The translations under genes and the position numbers were made by a program. 64,000 nt of DNA from Nitrospirota bacterium (lineage in GTDB: Bacteria; Nitrospirota; UBA9217): the NCBI GenBank assembly GCA_963796285.1, contig CAWCKW010000013.1:1-64000 (forward strand), written 5' to 3'. The notes under the pieces were generated by a model that worked only from the letters and a program-made list of their open reading frames with translations, did no database searches and was not told the origin of the DNA. Positions 19,137 to 31,130 of the stretch are shown here, in pieces. Within the stretch, counting starts at the first letter, position 1; each line of letters begins with the position of its first letter.

Positions 19137-21894
19137 TCACGCCACCCTCCCGGATATAAGAGGCAGCGTAAACCGGATTGAGGTGCCTTTATTCAGCCCC
19201 GCTGATTCTACAGAAAACTTCCCGCCATGCAGCTCAACCAGCTTTTTTGAGAGCGGTAACCCGAGCCCGGTCCCCTCAGTGACCCGGGAATAGGGGGTAT
19301 CGACACGGAAAAAACCTTCAAATATTTTTTCCATGTTTTCAGGTGCGATACCGACCCCTGTGTCCCAGACCACGATTTCTATTTCGGAATCTGTTGTGTT
19401 CGCCTGCATGCCGATTTTACCACCCGCGGGGGTAAATTTAACCGCGTTCGAAAGAAGGTTGTAAAGTATCTCTTTTACCTTGAGCTCATCTGCCTCAATA
19501 TTCGGCAGGTCTTCGGCTATTTTAAGCACCATTTCAATCTTTTTTTTGCTGACCATATCGGCTACGAGCAGTGAAATCTCATTTAACAGGCTTTTCATGG
19601 GCAAGCTGGACAATGCCAGCTTCATCTTTCCGGCTTCAACTTTTGCCATATCAAGTATCTGATTTATCAGCAGGAGAAGGTGCTTCCCGCTGGTCAAAAC
19701 GTTATTAACGTATTTCTTCTGCTTTTCATTAAGCGGTCCGAACGTCTCGTCGTATAATACCTCAGAGAAACCGTTAATAGAGTTAAGCGGGGTCCTGAGC
19801 TCATGCGACATGTTGGCCAGGAATTCAGATTTTACCCGGGCGGCGCGTTTTAGCTCGGCGGCCAGCTCCTTTAACTCTTCATGGGCTTTTTCCAGCCCAT
19901 TTTCTATCTCCTTGCGCTCAGTGATGTCCTCGATGGCCAGAAGGATGATCCGCTCCTTTCCCATTCCTCGTTGAATTTGCCGTGCATTCAAAAGCATGAT
20001 GCGCCTGCCGATGGTAGCAAAATCGTGCTCAACCTCATAGTTATCAAAGGTTGTCTTTTGAGGAAGGATGGTTTCCAGCAGTTCCCGCAGCTTGGGGATG
20101 TCCCACTGTTTATTTCCCAGGTCATAGATAAGCTGCCCCACAGTCTCTTCGGGCTTTACCTTGAAGACTTCATAGAAGGAACGGCTGACCGTGACTACCC
20201 TGAGATCCTGATCCAGAGAAATCAAGGGTTCACGCACCGTGTTGATGATACTCTCGGCGAATTCACTGGCTTCATCTGCGGATTTTTTAATGACCTCCAG
20301 TTCTTTTCGGGTCTTTTCCAGGCCGGCTTCTATCTCCTTGCGCTCGGTGATGTCCTCGATGGCCAGGAGGATGATCCTCTCTTTGCCCATCCCTCTTTGA
20401 ATCTGCCGGGCATTCAGAAGCATGATGCGCCTGCCGATGGTAGCAAAATCGTGTTCAACCTCATAGTTGTCAAAGGTTGCCTTTTGGGAAGGATGGTTTC
20501 CAGCAGTTCCCGCAGCTTGGGGATATCCCACTGTTTATTGCCCAGGTCATAGATAAGCTGTCCCACGGTCTCTTCAGGGTTTACCTTGAAGACTTCATAG
20601 AAGGACGGCTGACCGTGACCACCCTGAGATCCTGATCCAAAGAAATCAAGGGTTCACGCACCGTGTTGATGACGCTCTCGGCGAATTCACTGGCTTCATC
20701 CGCGGTTTTTTTAATGACCGCCAGTTCTATTCGGGTCTTTTCCAGGCCGGCTTCTATCTCCTTGCGCTCGGTGATGTCCTCAATGGCAAGAAGGATGATC
20801 CGTTCCTTGCCCATCCCTCGCTCAATTTGCCGGGCATTCAGAAGCATGACGCGCCTGCCGATGGTAGTAAAATGGTGTTCAACTTCATAGTTGTCAAAGG
20901 TTGCTTTTTGGGGAAGGATGGTTTCCAGCAGCTCCCGCAGCTTGGGTATGTCCCACTGCTTATTGCCCAGGTCATAGATAAGCTGTCCCACGGTCTCTTC
21001 GGGTTTTACCTTAAAGACTTCGTAAAATGAGCGGCTGACGGTGACCACCCTTAAATCCTGGTCCAGAACGATCAGAGGTTCACGCACGGTGTTGATGATG
21101 CTCTCGGAGTATTCACTGACAATCAGCACCTGCTTTGCCTTTTTTTGTTCGGTTATGTCGTGCATAATGGCCGACGCGCCGCAAATATTCCCCGCCTTGT
21201 CCTTGATCGGCGAAAGACTCAAAGAGATATCAATTACGACCCCGTCTTTTCGGACACGCTTTGTTTCATAATTTTCAATCAATTCTCCGTTTCGCAGCTT
21301 TTTAAGCTGGTTGCGTATTTCTTCTTCGTAACCAGGAGGGGCCAGAAGAGAAATATTTTTGCCATGTATCTCTTGTTCGGTATAACCGTATATTCTTTCC
21401 GCTGCTTTATTCCAGCTGACAATATCTCCTTCCAGATCTTTTCCGATAATGCCGTCAACAGAGGTATTAACAATTGCCGCTAATTGAAGATACTGTTTTT
21501 CTTTACTCTTGCGCATGGTGATATCTTCGATGGCCAGGAGAATAACTTTCGGCTTTTCCGGAGGATTGGGGATCCTCCGGGCATTTAAAAGCATGGTGCG
21601 TCTGCCGATAGTGGTAAAATCATGTTCAACCTCGTAGTCATCAAAGGTTGCCTTTTCGGGAAGGATGGTTTCCAGCAGTTCCCGCAGCCTGGGAATATCC
21701 CACTGTTTATTGCCCAGGTTATAGATGAGCTGTCCCACGGTATCCTCAGGTCTTACCTTAAAGACTTCATAGAAGGAGCGGCTGGCGGTGACCACCCTTA
21801 GTTCCTGATCAAGAACGATTAAGGGTTCACGCACGGTATTGACGATGCTCTCTGCGTATTCCTGGGATCTTGTTGTGGTTTTTTTCTGGGGCAT
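19137..21894 (-). CDS. Multi-PAS histidine kinase (frameshifts near 20605 and 20488)
   Basis: Four copies of the repeated PAS module plus one other PAS; SHELRTPLN H-box. Confidence 0.9.
19900..21110 (-). repeat. Three near-identical tandem PAS-coding units, period about 420 bp
   Basis: Recurrent DNA such as tctatctccttgcgctc..gatgtcctc at about 19903, 20330 and 20754. Confidence 0.9.
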
Positions 21895-22053
21895 GTTCCG
21901 TCTCCTTGCGCTCGATTATGTCTTCAAAGGCGAGCAGGATTATCGGCAGGTCGTTTTTCTTTTACCCGTTCTCGCCCCTCGTCCTTCTTTTCTTTAGCCA
22001 TGATTCATGCCTTTTCTCTTCCACGGTCGGATAGCGCCCGGCGCTTCTTGCCG

Positions 22054-23538
22054 TCACCGTCCCGGGGCGCCGACCTTCCGGAGATCGATGTATCCCCTTT
22101 GAACGTCCACCGATGCCAGCTTCACCCGGATGCGGCTGCCGACATCAACGCCCTCGAACCCATGGACCAGCCGTCCTTCGACCGGTACCGTGAGAAGCCG
22201 CGCCCACGTCCCTTTTTCCGACGCGCCGGTGACGATGGCATCGAACTCCTCACCGATCCTGTGTTCCAGCAGCATTGCCGCGGCGGATTTTCCGACCTGT
22301 CGTTCTACCTTGTTCGCGGCATCCTCTTCTTCCGTGCAATGTTTGGCCAGGACCTCCAGTTCGTCATTGCCGTAAGGCGAGGGTGTTCCTTCTATGGCGG
22401 CCTTCAACAATCGCTGCGTGATGAGATCGGGATACCGGCGGTTCGGGGCCGTGGAGTGGGTGTAATCCCTGACAGCGAGACCGAAGTGCCCCGGGGCATT
22501 GACGCCCGGAAGTTCCGCAACATATTCTCCGGCGCCAAGAAGTTTGATGACCGCGAGGGAGAGGTCGGGGAACCGAAGGGGATCGGCTGCCTTCTCTTTC
22601 GTCAGAAATCCCTCGAGCGCTTTCGGATCCGGCTGCCGGGGAAGCGTGAATCCCTGTTCCCCGGCAAGCTCGACGATGCGTTCCCATCGTTTTGGCGTGC
22701 GTACCACGCGCCGCAGGGAAGACAGTTTTCTTGACGAGAGGTACCGGGCGGTCACACCGTTTGCGGCTATCATAAAATCCTCGATAATATCCTTTGCGCG
22801 GTTCTTTTTTTCCGTTTCAAGGCCGCGGAGCTCATCACCTTCAAATACCGGCCTCGCCTCACTTGTTTCAAGGCTGAGGGCGCCGTGAACATGCCGGAGG
22901 TTTTTCATGCCTTGCGCCGCCCTGTCCTGCATGCGCAGGTTCTCATCAAGCCCCGGTACAGCGGCAAGGGCCGCGGGAATGGCTCCGCTCCCTTCCAGCC
23001 AGGCGGCAACGCTGTTATATGCCAGCTTCGCGCGGTTGCGGACGTGCGCCCTGTAGATATCGGACTTCTGAAGTGACCCGTCCGCGGCGATCACCATTTC
23101 AATGACAATTGCCCGCCGGTCCTCATTGAAATTGAGCGACGTGAGATCTGTCGAAAGCTTCTCAGGAAGCATCGGGAACGTCCTGGCAGCGGTATAAACA
23201 GAGGTGGTATTATGGCGGGCGTGTTCGTCAATCGCCGATCCGTCCTTGACCAGCAGGTCCACGTCGGCAACAGCAATAAGAATCTTTACATTGTCTCCGG
23301 GCATTGCCTCTGCCACCGTCAGCTGGTCCAGGTCGCGGGAATCATCGTTGTCGATGGAAGCCCAGAGGAGGTCCGTCAGGTCGCGAACCGGCTCCTTGTT
23401 CATTGCCGCAGGCAACTTGATCTCGCCAAGTTCGGCGAGTGCTGCCGCGGAAAAGTCAGGGAGCAAGCCCCTGTCAAGCATCGCCCTCCGGGCGATCCTC
23501 TGTAAAATAGAGCGGTGTTGTCCTTCATCCATATTCAT
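22054..23538 (-). CDS. RNB-domain exoribonuclease (short RNase II/R type)
   Basis: SIDNDDSRDLDQ, IEDFMIAAN, YTHSTAPNRRYPDL, C-terminal S1-like domain. Confidence 0.93.
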   Translation of the reverse strand: MNMDEGQHRSILQRIARRAMLDRGLLPDFSAAALAELGEIKLPAAMNKEPVRDLTDLLWASIDNDDSRDLDQLTVAEAMPGDNVKILIAVADVDLLVKDGSAIDEHARHNTTSVYTAARTFPMLPEKLSTDLTSLNFNEDRRAIVIEMVIAADGSLQKSDIYRAHVRNRAKLAYNSVAAWLEGSGAIPAALAAVPGLDENLRMQDRAAQGMKNLRHVHGALSLETSEARPVFEGDELRGLETEKKNRAKDIIEDFMIAANGVTARYLSSRKLSSLRRVVRTPKRWERIVELAGEQGFTLPRQPDPKALEGFLTKEKAADPLRFPDLSLAVIKLLGAGEYVAELPGVNAPGHFGLAVRDYTHSTAPNRRYPDLITQRLLKAAIEGTPSPYGNDELEVLAKHCTEEEDAANKVERQVGKSAAAMLLEHRIGEEFDAIVTGASEKGTWARLLTVPVEGRLVHGFEGVDVGSRIRVKLASVDVQRGYIDLRKVGAPGR

Positions 23539-23723
23539 ATATACACTCCTCGGCTTATTTCAAAATTGACTGATTCTTAGATTCGAAATAGCATTCACAT
23601 AGACCAAAATCAAGGGTATCCTCTCATATATTCATAGGCGGACATGCCTGGGTTGGGATCTTGTTTTTAACCTATTTACACTCTGCCGGTAATTACCCTG
23701 CTCTTCCGCTCCTTTCGCATGCG

Positions 23724-24863
23724 TTAATAAGAAAAAGAGAGCCCGACAAAACTTCTGCGTCCGAACTGATCGAACCGCATCAGGGTCTCTCCATAGCCAT
23801 ACCAGTATTGAAAATAAAGCGCGAAATTCATATTCGGAAGCTGCTGCCGGAATTCGAATTCGCAGGAATTTTTTCGGCCATCCCGGAATATCGGCGTTCT
23901 TATATCCAGTTGATGGTTCCTGATGCTTCCTCCCCAGAGAAAGTTCCTGACGCTTACGCCGATCTCCCCCTGCCCCATGTAGTCGAGGAATTTATCGTTG
24001 CTGCCGATAGATTGAAGATAGGCGGTCTCATCGGAATAACTCGATGCATGCCAGAGCTTGACGTACAATAACGCCTTGTCCGACAGGAAGGAATTCGTTA
24101 CCTCCAGTTTTTCCTTCGACTCGATCCCGAACTTGATCAAAACATATTGCCTGTTCCAGCCTCGTGACTGGATGCCGGCGAGACCGTTGGATTCGTGCTC
24201 GATGGGACTTATAACAACATTGCGCAGTTTAAACCGGCCAATGATGACGGCGTTGACCGGATAATCTAAAAAAAACTCCGGGTTAATATCGCTTTCCTCG
24301 AAAGGCCTTGACTGCTGCCCTACGTTCCAGAGCGTCTTCTGCGTATAGGCAACATAGGCCGGGAAAATATTATGCTTGAGTACATAGAGGTTCGGCTGCA
24401 GCACCTGGAACTTCATGCTTATCTGGAACTTGGCCTGCGCGTTGTTGTTCCCCGGCCAGTGATTCAGAGAAAAATAATTCACCTTGTGTTCGGCAACAGG
24501 ACTATGAGTTTTTTTTCCAAAGTCCATGCTTTGCGATGATTTCTGCTGCTGCTCGGCGGGGAGAGTGTCTTCGGGAGCATTCACGTCTTGTGGTTGACTC
24601 GCCGTCTCGGCCAATTGGTCCGCCTTTGCGGAGTCTTCCTGTACAACAGTTCACCTGCGTCGCCATTAACGGCAAATAACAGCACGGAGATAAAAACGAT
24701 CAATAGTTTTTTCACGACGCCTCCAAGGGGCGCATATGCACCTGCCAAATTCTTTCACCGCTGAGACGTACCCTGCTGTTGCCCCCTGCTCTTGCGATAG
24801 CGCGGGGACAAGCCAAAACGCGGGCACAAGCAGAGGCGCAGAGAAAATCCTTATTATTTTCAA
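23724..24863 (-). CDS. pldA: Outer-membrane phospholipase A1 family (N-terminus frameshifted)
   Basis: KFQISMK, AYTQ..W, HESNG catalytic motif, QYWYGYGETL, terminal aromatic residue. Confidence 0.8.
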
Positions 24864-24953
24864 GATGCATTTCTCCGCGTCTCGGTTTATGGCCGCGCTA
24901 TCGCGAGAGCAGGCTACGTCTCTGCGGTAGATAATGCCCTTTTTACGACAGCA

Positions 24954-25352
24954 TCAAGAATCGTTGACCTCTGATTGCCCAAGTGCAGCCCTCACGAGGT
25001 TGAGCAATTCTTCTGTTTCAAAAGGCTTATGGAGATACGCGAATACCTCATTGCTGAGAGACTTTATAAAAGACTCAACACCGCTATGCGCGGTAAGCAT
25101 GATTATCGGTATATTCCTGGCCTTTTTGTTATCTTTGATCTTCCGGGACACCTGCAGGCCGTCCATCCCCGGCAACATAAGGTCCATCAGTACGAGGTCT
25201 ATTGGCCGGGTTTTGATCTTCCGCAGGGCGTCTTCCCCGCTTGCAACGCTTACCACCTCGTAGCCTCTGGGTACGAGTATGTTTTCGAGCAGTTTGAGGT
25301 TCGCAGGTTCATCATCGACACAAAGGATGATAGGATTCTTCGGCAGCGTCAT
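24954..25352 (-). CDS. Single-domain response regulator
   Basis: CVDDEP, DLVLMD, LTA, KPF. Confidence 0.9.
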   Translation of the reverse strand: MTLPKNPIILCVDDEPANLKLLENILVPRGYEVVSVASGEDALRKIKTRPIDLVLMDLMLPGMDGLQVSRKIKDNKKARNIPIIMLTAHSGVESFIKSLSNEVFAYLHKPFETEELLNLVRAALGQSEVNDS

Positions 25353-25356
25353 GTTT

Positions 25357-25731
25357 TCACCTCGGAATTGGAACAATGTTTTTTACGAGCTCGACGAATT
25401 TTCTCGTATCTATGGGTTTAGTCACATATTCGTCGAATCCGGCTTCCAGTGCCTTTTCCCTGTCGCCTTTCATGGCAAACGAGGTCACGGCGATCACTTT
25501 CAGCTTGCTCAGTTCCGGTGTTTTCCGCAATTCCCGTATCACCGCAAAACCGCCCATAACAGGCATCTGCAGATCAAGCAGTATCAGGTCAGGCATGAAC
25601 TCTCTGGCCATCTCCAGCCCGGATACCCCATCAGTAGCCTCCAGCACCTCATAACCATAATGCTTGAGTATCTGTCTCATGAGGATACGGTTCGCCTCGT
25701 TATCTTCCACAACAAGGATCTTCTTAGGCAT
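25357..25731 (-). CDS. Single-domain response regulator (DivK-like)
   Basis: VVEDNEAN, PDLILLD, AMKGDREKALEAGFD.Y.TKPID. Confidence 0.92.
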   Translation of the reverse strand: MPKKILVVEDNEANRILMRQILKHYGYEVLEATDGVSGLEMAREFMPDLILLDLQMPVMGGFAVIRELRKTPELSKLKVIAVTSFAMKGDREKALEAGFDEYVTKPIDTRKFVELVKNIVPIPR

Positions 25732-27287
25732 CCTTTTTCCTCCTCTGGCTTACTGGAATAACAAAGGCGAACAGGCTCCCTTTGCCGAACTCGCTCTCCA
25801 CCCATATCCTCCCGCCGTGCAATTCAACAAGTTTTTTGGTGAGTGCGAGCCCCAGCCCGGTGCCCTCATACTTTTTATCATAGGCGGATGCCAATTGAGA
25901 AAACTCCTTGAAAAGCTTCGGGAGGTCCTCCTTCTTGATCCCTATGCCGGTGTCCCTGATGCTGATCTCTATATCCTGGGCTCCATTTATTTCCTTCGAC
26001 AGTACCCGCACCTGGCCGCCATCGGGTGTGAATTTCACCGCATTGCTCAGGAGATTGAACAGTATCTGCTTGAGTTTCCTTTTATCCGCCTCGATCATGA
26101 TCGTCGTATCATGTTCGATCTGAAGATCCAGCGTTAATCCCATGCCTCAATGCCTTCTCCCGCTGCATGATCAGGGACGCGTCAAGCAGCTCTTGTAACG
26201 ACACAGGCTCCACGTCGAGCTCCATCTTGCCTGATTCCACTTTGGAGAGATCGAGGATATCGTTGATCAGGCTGAGCAGGTGCCTACCCGCTTTGAGGAT
26301 ATACATCACGTTTTCGCGCTGCGACTCATTCAGCGTGCCGAGCAGTTGGTCCTCCAGTACCTCCGAAAAACCGATGATCGAATTAAGAGGGGTCCTCAAC
26401 TCATGGCTCATGTTGGCAAGAAAATCTGACTTGGCCATGGTCGCAGACTCGGCCTCGAATTGCGCTTTCTTCGCGTCTCGTGTTCGTTCCGCCAATTCCC
26501 GTTCAAGCCTCATTTTTTCAGTGACGTCTTCTATCGCAAGGAGGATCAGCTGAGAACCGATCTCTCCTTGAGCGATTCGGCGGGCATTGAGCAGCATTAC
26601 CTTGTGCCCGATGCTTGAAAACACATGTTCAACCTCATAGTCATCGAACTTGTTGTCTTTGGGTAGGATCTCTTCAAGCAGCGTTCGAAGGCTGGGAATG
26701 TCCCATTGCCGGTTTCCGAGGTCATAGATGAGATTTCCGATCGTTTCCCCCGGTGTAACCCTGAATGAATCATAGAAGCTGCGGTTGGCCTTGAGGACCC
26801 TCAGGTCTGAATCCAGCACCAGAAGGGGTTCACGCACGGTCTCAATAATATCTTCATTGGCCCTTGTTGCAGCCTCGGCATCGGATTGTGCCTGTTCGGT
26901 GTCTCGCGTTCGTTCCGCCAATTCTTTTTCCAGGCGCATTTTTTCAGTGATGTCTTCTATTGCCAGGAGGATCAGCTGAGGACCGCTTCCTGCTTGAGTG
27001 ATACGGCGGGCATTGAGCAGCATTATTTTGTGCCCGATGCCTGAAAATACATGTTCAACTTTATAGTCATCGAACTTGTTGTCTTTGGGCAGGATCTCTT
27101 CAAGCAGCGTTCGAAGCCTGGGAATGTCCCATTGCCGGTTTCCGAGGTCATAGATAAGATTGCCCACCGTTTCCTTCGGCATTACCTTGAACGATTCATA
27201 AAAACTGCGGCTGGCCATGAGGACCCTCAGATCTGCATTCAGGACCACAAGAGGTTCACGAGCTGTATCGACAATATCCTCAAACAT
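25724..27287 (-). CDS. PAS-PAS histidine kinase (frameshift near 26137)
   Basis: Two PAS repeats, SHELRTPLN; HATPase in ORF 25724-26143. Confidence 0.9.
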
Positions 27288-27401
27288 CGCAGGATCTCCA
27301 ATCTTTAACTACTCCAGCCCGCTGCGCCTCTGCGGTTAAATTCGACATCATTGAGAGCCCATCAAGCACGCAAGGATATCGCGCGCGAACAGACGCGCTT
27401 T

Positions 27402-27695
27402 TCATTTCGGGCCAGCGGTCCACCATTTTACGATGCCCGCGAAAATCAGTGCGAGAACAAGGGCCGGGAACGTCACGAGGATCGACGCGGCCGCCGGGGA
27501 CATCTGCGTTGCAAGGTACTGGTAGATCCCCGCCAGGAGAAAGCCCGACGCGGCCAGGACCAGGAGTGAAGCAATCCCGATAAATGCAAGCGCCCATGCC
27601 GTGTCCATCACCGCTTTTCTCAGCACTCTCCCCTCTGCCTGCAGCAAACGCAGAAAGGACATCGCGATATCAAGGAGCGTCGATAGTATCTTCAT
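27402..27695 (-). CDS. YqjE/holin-like two-TM membrane protein
   Basis: Two TM helices, downstream of DUF883 gene. Confidence 0.6.
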   Translation of the reverse strand: MKILSTLLDIAMSFLRLLQAEGRVLRKAVMDTAWALAFIGIASLLVLAASGFLLAGIYQYLATQMSPAAASILVTFPALVLALIFAGIVKWWTAGPK

Positions 27696-28014
27696 TGTCT
27701 GTCCCCCGGTACCATAGTTTGGCGATTATATAGCCGAGGCCGAATGCGGCCATAATACTGACCAGCGGGTGCTGTTCCACTTCAGCCGAAAGGTCCCTGA
27801 CGACTTTTTCACTCTGGACCTTCGATGATTCAAACTTGTGCAAGAGGTCCGCCCATACACTATGGCCTTCATCGCCAAGGGTGGGGCCTTCCTGTTCGGC
27901 ATGGATGCCGGCGGATTTCTTCATACCGGCGGCAAGTCCTGCGATCTCATCGCGCAAGCGCGCAATATCGGCCTTCAGTGCATCCAGTTCTTTGTCATGT
28001 GTTTTTTCCGTCAT
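27670..28014 (-). CDS. DUF883/ElaB/YqjD family protein
   Basis: LKADIARLR.. and VEQHPLVSIMAAFGLGYII. Confidence 0.8.
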   Translation of the reverse strand: MTEKTHDKELDALKADIARLRDEIAGLAAGMKKSAGIHAEQEGPTLGDEGHSVWADLLHKFESSKVQSEKVVRDLSAEVEQHPLVSIMAAFGLGYIIAKLWYRGTDNEDTIDAP

Positions 28015-28118
28015 ACTCGTTCCTCCGTATAAACATTTTCCGAAACAACCCGGGCACGACCCAATAAAAAAATTAATTTTCCCCGACTTCTTCTTCATCA
28101 AACCTTAGCACTATTTGT

Positions 28119-29198
28119 TCAGGTCTCAGGAGCATTTCTTCTTTTCGATAGTGGTGGAACGCTTTCAGCGGGCGACTCGGGCCCGAGCAATACCGCGAGC
28201 CATCGAGTGCTTGCATTGTTCTCGCATGCGAACTTCAGCGTCATGGTGAGCGGTATGCACAGGACCACACCGATCAGGCCAAGCAGGCTCCCCCAAAATA
28301 CCAACGAGAGAAATACGACCAGCGTGGACAGCCCGAGCCTCCGCCCCATGAACCTCGGTTCGACCACGTTGCCGAGGGTGAAACCAACAGCCAGATATGC
28401 GGCGGCGGCGAGCGCGGCATGACCGAGCCCGAGTTGGACAAGAGTGAGAATAACCGCGGGGATCGCGGCGATGATAAAACCGACATTGGGTACATAGTGG
28501 AGCAGAAAGGCCAGGAAACCCCAGAGAATAGGAGAATCCACGCCGAGGATGGAGAGCCATATACCGATGAGAACGCCAGCGGTCAGGCTGATCCCCGTCT
28601 TGATGATCATATACCGCACCATATCATCAACGAACCTCGTGAACTGGGGAAAGGCCTGATGAGGATCGCCGAGGACAGCCCGGAGTTTGACAGGGAAGCT
28701 TGAGGCCTCGAGCAGGATAAACGTTACGGTGAGCAAGATCAGGATGATGTTCGAGAGCGCAGAGCCCAAGCCCCCGAGCATGCCGATAGACAGCTTCATC
28801 ACCGCTTCCGGATTGACATACTCGAGCAGCACCTTGTCCGTGACCCGGATGCCCTTCTGTGCCAGCAGCGCCCTGAGCGTCGAGATCTGTTCCTGTATGC
28901 GTTGTTGATAGGCAGGCAGGGCATCGACAAAGCTGTTGAGAGACGTGGCTACAAGACCGCCGACGATCAGCAGAACGACGATCATGCCTGCCACGACGAG
29001 CAGCACCGCGGCAACAGTGGGGATGCGTCTCCGCTCAAGCCAGAGTACCGGCGGCGTCCCGAGCATGGCGAGGAAAACAGCGACAAGGAACGACACCAGG
29101 ACCGACTGCGCCTGATAGATGCCCCCGATGATGATCACGAGGGCAGCCGCGATGACAACGAAGCGGATTCCCCGCTGAGAATTGCTCTGGTCAGTCAT
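28119..29198 (-). CDS. AI-2E family transporter
   Basis: AFLLHYVPNVG, GNVVEPRFMGRRLGLS, G..L.IPLT. Confidence 0.92.
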   Translation of the reverse strand: MTDQSNSQRGIRFVVIAAALVIIIGGIYQAQSVLVSFLVAVFLAMLGTPPVLWLERRRIPTVAAVLLVVAGMIVVLLIVGGLVATSLNSFVDALPAYQQRIQEQISTLRALLAQKGIRVTDKVLLEYVNPEAVMKLSIGMLGGLGSALSNIILILLTVTFILLEASSFPVKLRAVLGDPHQAFPQFTRFVDDMVRYMIIKTGISLTAGVLIGIWLSILGVDSPILWGFLAFLLHYVPNVGFIIAAIPAVILTLVQLGLGHAALAAAAYLAVGFTLGNVVEPRFMGRRLGLSTLVVFLSLVFWGSLLGLIGVVLCIPLTMTLKFACENNASTRWLAVLLGPESPAESVPPLSKRRNAPET

Positions 29199-29370
29199 GG
29201 ACACATACCCCTTCATCAGGATTTTGCTCAGTTGGGATGTCCGACCAATTCGGAGACCGCGATACTCTCTGTCGACACAAACTGAACACGCCATCCTGTG
29301 TAAAGTATAACGTAATCGTGATCATCCTTTTTATGACTTCTCTGTCCCGTCTCTTCCCTGTTCAGGCGGC

Positions 29371-30946
29371 TCAGCGGCGGTCGGCGTAGAAGTCGCGCCA
29401 CTCGACAGCGCCGAAATTGATGTCGCCGAGGAAGTTGTAAGCGATACTGACGGTCCCTACCGTCTGGTGCCTGTCGGGCAGATTGGCATAGTGCGCATCC
29501 CGGTGCGATTCGACGTACTGGATGCCGATACCGTGGCGGCCGTAAACACGCACCGTGAACGACGCGTTCCCGCGGAAGATCTTCTCCAAACCGGTTTTGT
29601 TGTCGGAGCCCGTGCCGGTGACATAGTACTCTCGCCCTGTCAGGTCGAGCATGGCCGCCTGGCCGAAGATGAGGCGGAGCGCGAGCAGGCCCTGCGGGAC
29701 GACGCCGTAGTGGTAGTCGCGTACACCCGTTGCGGGGTCACCCACGCCGCCGATGGTGCCGGCCGCGCCGAAACCGACGCCACCGAGGGCCGAACCCTGG
29801 AGCGCAACCGAGTGCGAGAGCCACCACTGGGCGGTGGTTCCGAGCGAGAGGGCCGTGCTCGAGACGCGGAAGATCGTCGGCGATATGTAGTCATAGCTCC
29901 CGTAAAGGCCCCATATCCCGCGATAGGCGTCGCCGGCCGAGTATTTTGTTCCATAGAGAAGACCGCGGGTCGTGATGTTCTCGAAGGCGTTGCCGCCGCT
30001 GAGGGTGACGGCGGTGAATTCGAAATGGAAGTAGTCGAAGGGGCGCTCGTAGCTATAGCCGGGTTTCCCGGGGAGCCCATAGGCCATGGCGAAGTCTCCC
30101 GAGGCCTCGGGCCGGTTCACGGTTTTTCCAATGCCCTGGTCCGTCTGGTGCTCGGTCAGGCTCGCGCCGAGTCGCAGGCGCGTGAAGATGGCCGGGTCAT
30201 TGCTCACCCAGACGGCCTTGAACCGGTTGCCGAAGGCGAGACGGTTGAGGCCGGTGGAAGGCGAGAGTCCTGCGGCGCCCAGTTCGCGCCAGAACCCCGG
30301 CTTGCCGTCCTCAAGGACGTAGCTCGCCATCCGAAAAAGCGCCTCGCCCATGATGGACCCGCCGAAGCTCGTCATGATCTGATCATTAATGGAGGGCGGT
30401 CCGGTCTCTCCGAATGTCTCCCAGACATAGCTTGCCGCGAAGGTCATAGCCAAACGACTCCCAGAAATTGAGGCCGGCTGACCGCGCGAAGCCGTAATTG
30501 AACGACCCCATGTAGGGATGCATGATAAAGTTCATGCCGAAGGGGTCATTGTCCAGCGTCCAGGGGCCATGGATGACGTGATGCCAGCCGGTGTTCCAGT
30601 TCGTTCCGTAGATGTCGGTGCCATAGACGGTGCGGTCAAACCTGTTGAGGAGCCAGAGAAAGGTCGGGATCTCGAGCGCCGGGATGAGGTAGTTCTTCTG
30701 GACGCCCGGACCCCAATCGGCCTTCACTGCCGGGGAAGCGACAGGCTCCACGGCGTCGCCCACATTCCAGGCGGTCTTCAATGACGGGAGAATGAGTGCG
30801 TTGGAGTCGTGCTCCGCGGCGGTGACCGCGCCCGGCGTCACGAGGGCAAGAGCGAGAACGCCGGCAATGAGCCGCCACCACGCTGTACGCGATACCGGGG
30901 CACTGCTCTTGTCCGTCGTACCGTCAGATCCGGCCATGGACTCCAC
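29371..30946 (-). CDS. DUF3943-domain outer-membrane protein (frameshift near 30445)
   Basis: DNDPFGMNFIMHPYMGS, WETFGET.PPSIND...GEAL. Confidence 0.8.
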
Positions 30947-31130
30947 AATCCGGGCCTACCCACTTCTTGAGTTGAGAAGAAATATATTTCGTCATGGTCA
31001 CATACCTCCTCGATCATTTGGTAACTTCTCCGGTTTTCTTGACAAACAATTGTTACACGCGACGGCAAGCGATCGACCTTCGCGTCCACTTCATGGTCAT
31101 GAGTTGACGCGAAAACCACGGTCCTCCGGA

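Noticed and set aside
19900-21860. Regular repeats considered as a CRISPR array or DGR template/variable repeats
   Set aside because: Units are ~420-bp in-frame PAS-coding sequences with no spacers, differences are not adenine-specific, and no cas or reverse transcriptase gene is present.
27402-27695. Holin-like gene as evidence of a prophage
   Set aside because: DUF883 plus YqjE-like pairs are common stress-operon genes; no phage structural or lysis genes are present.
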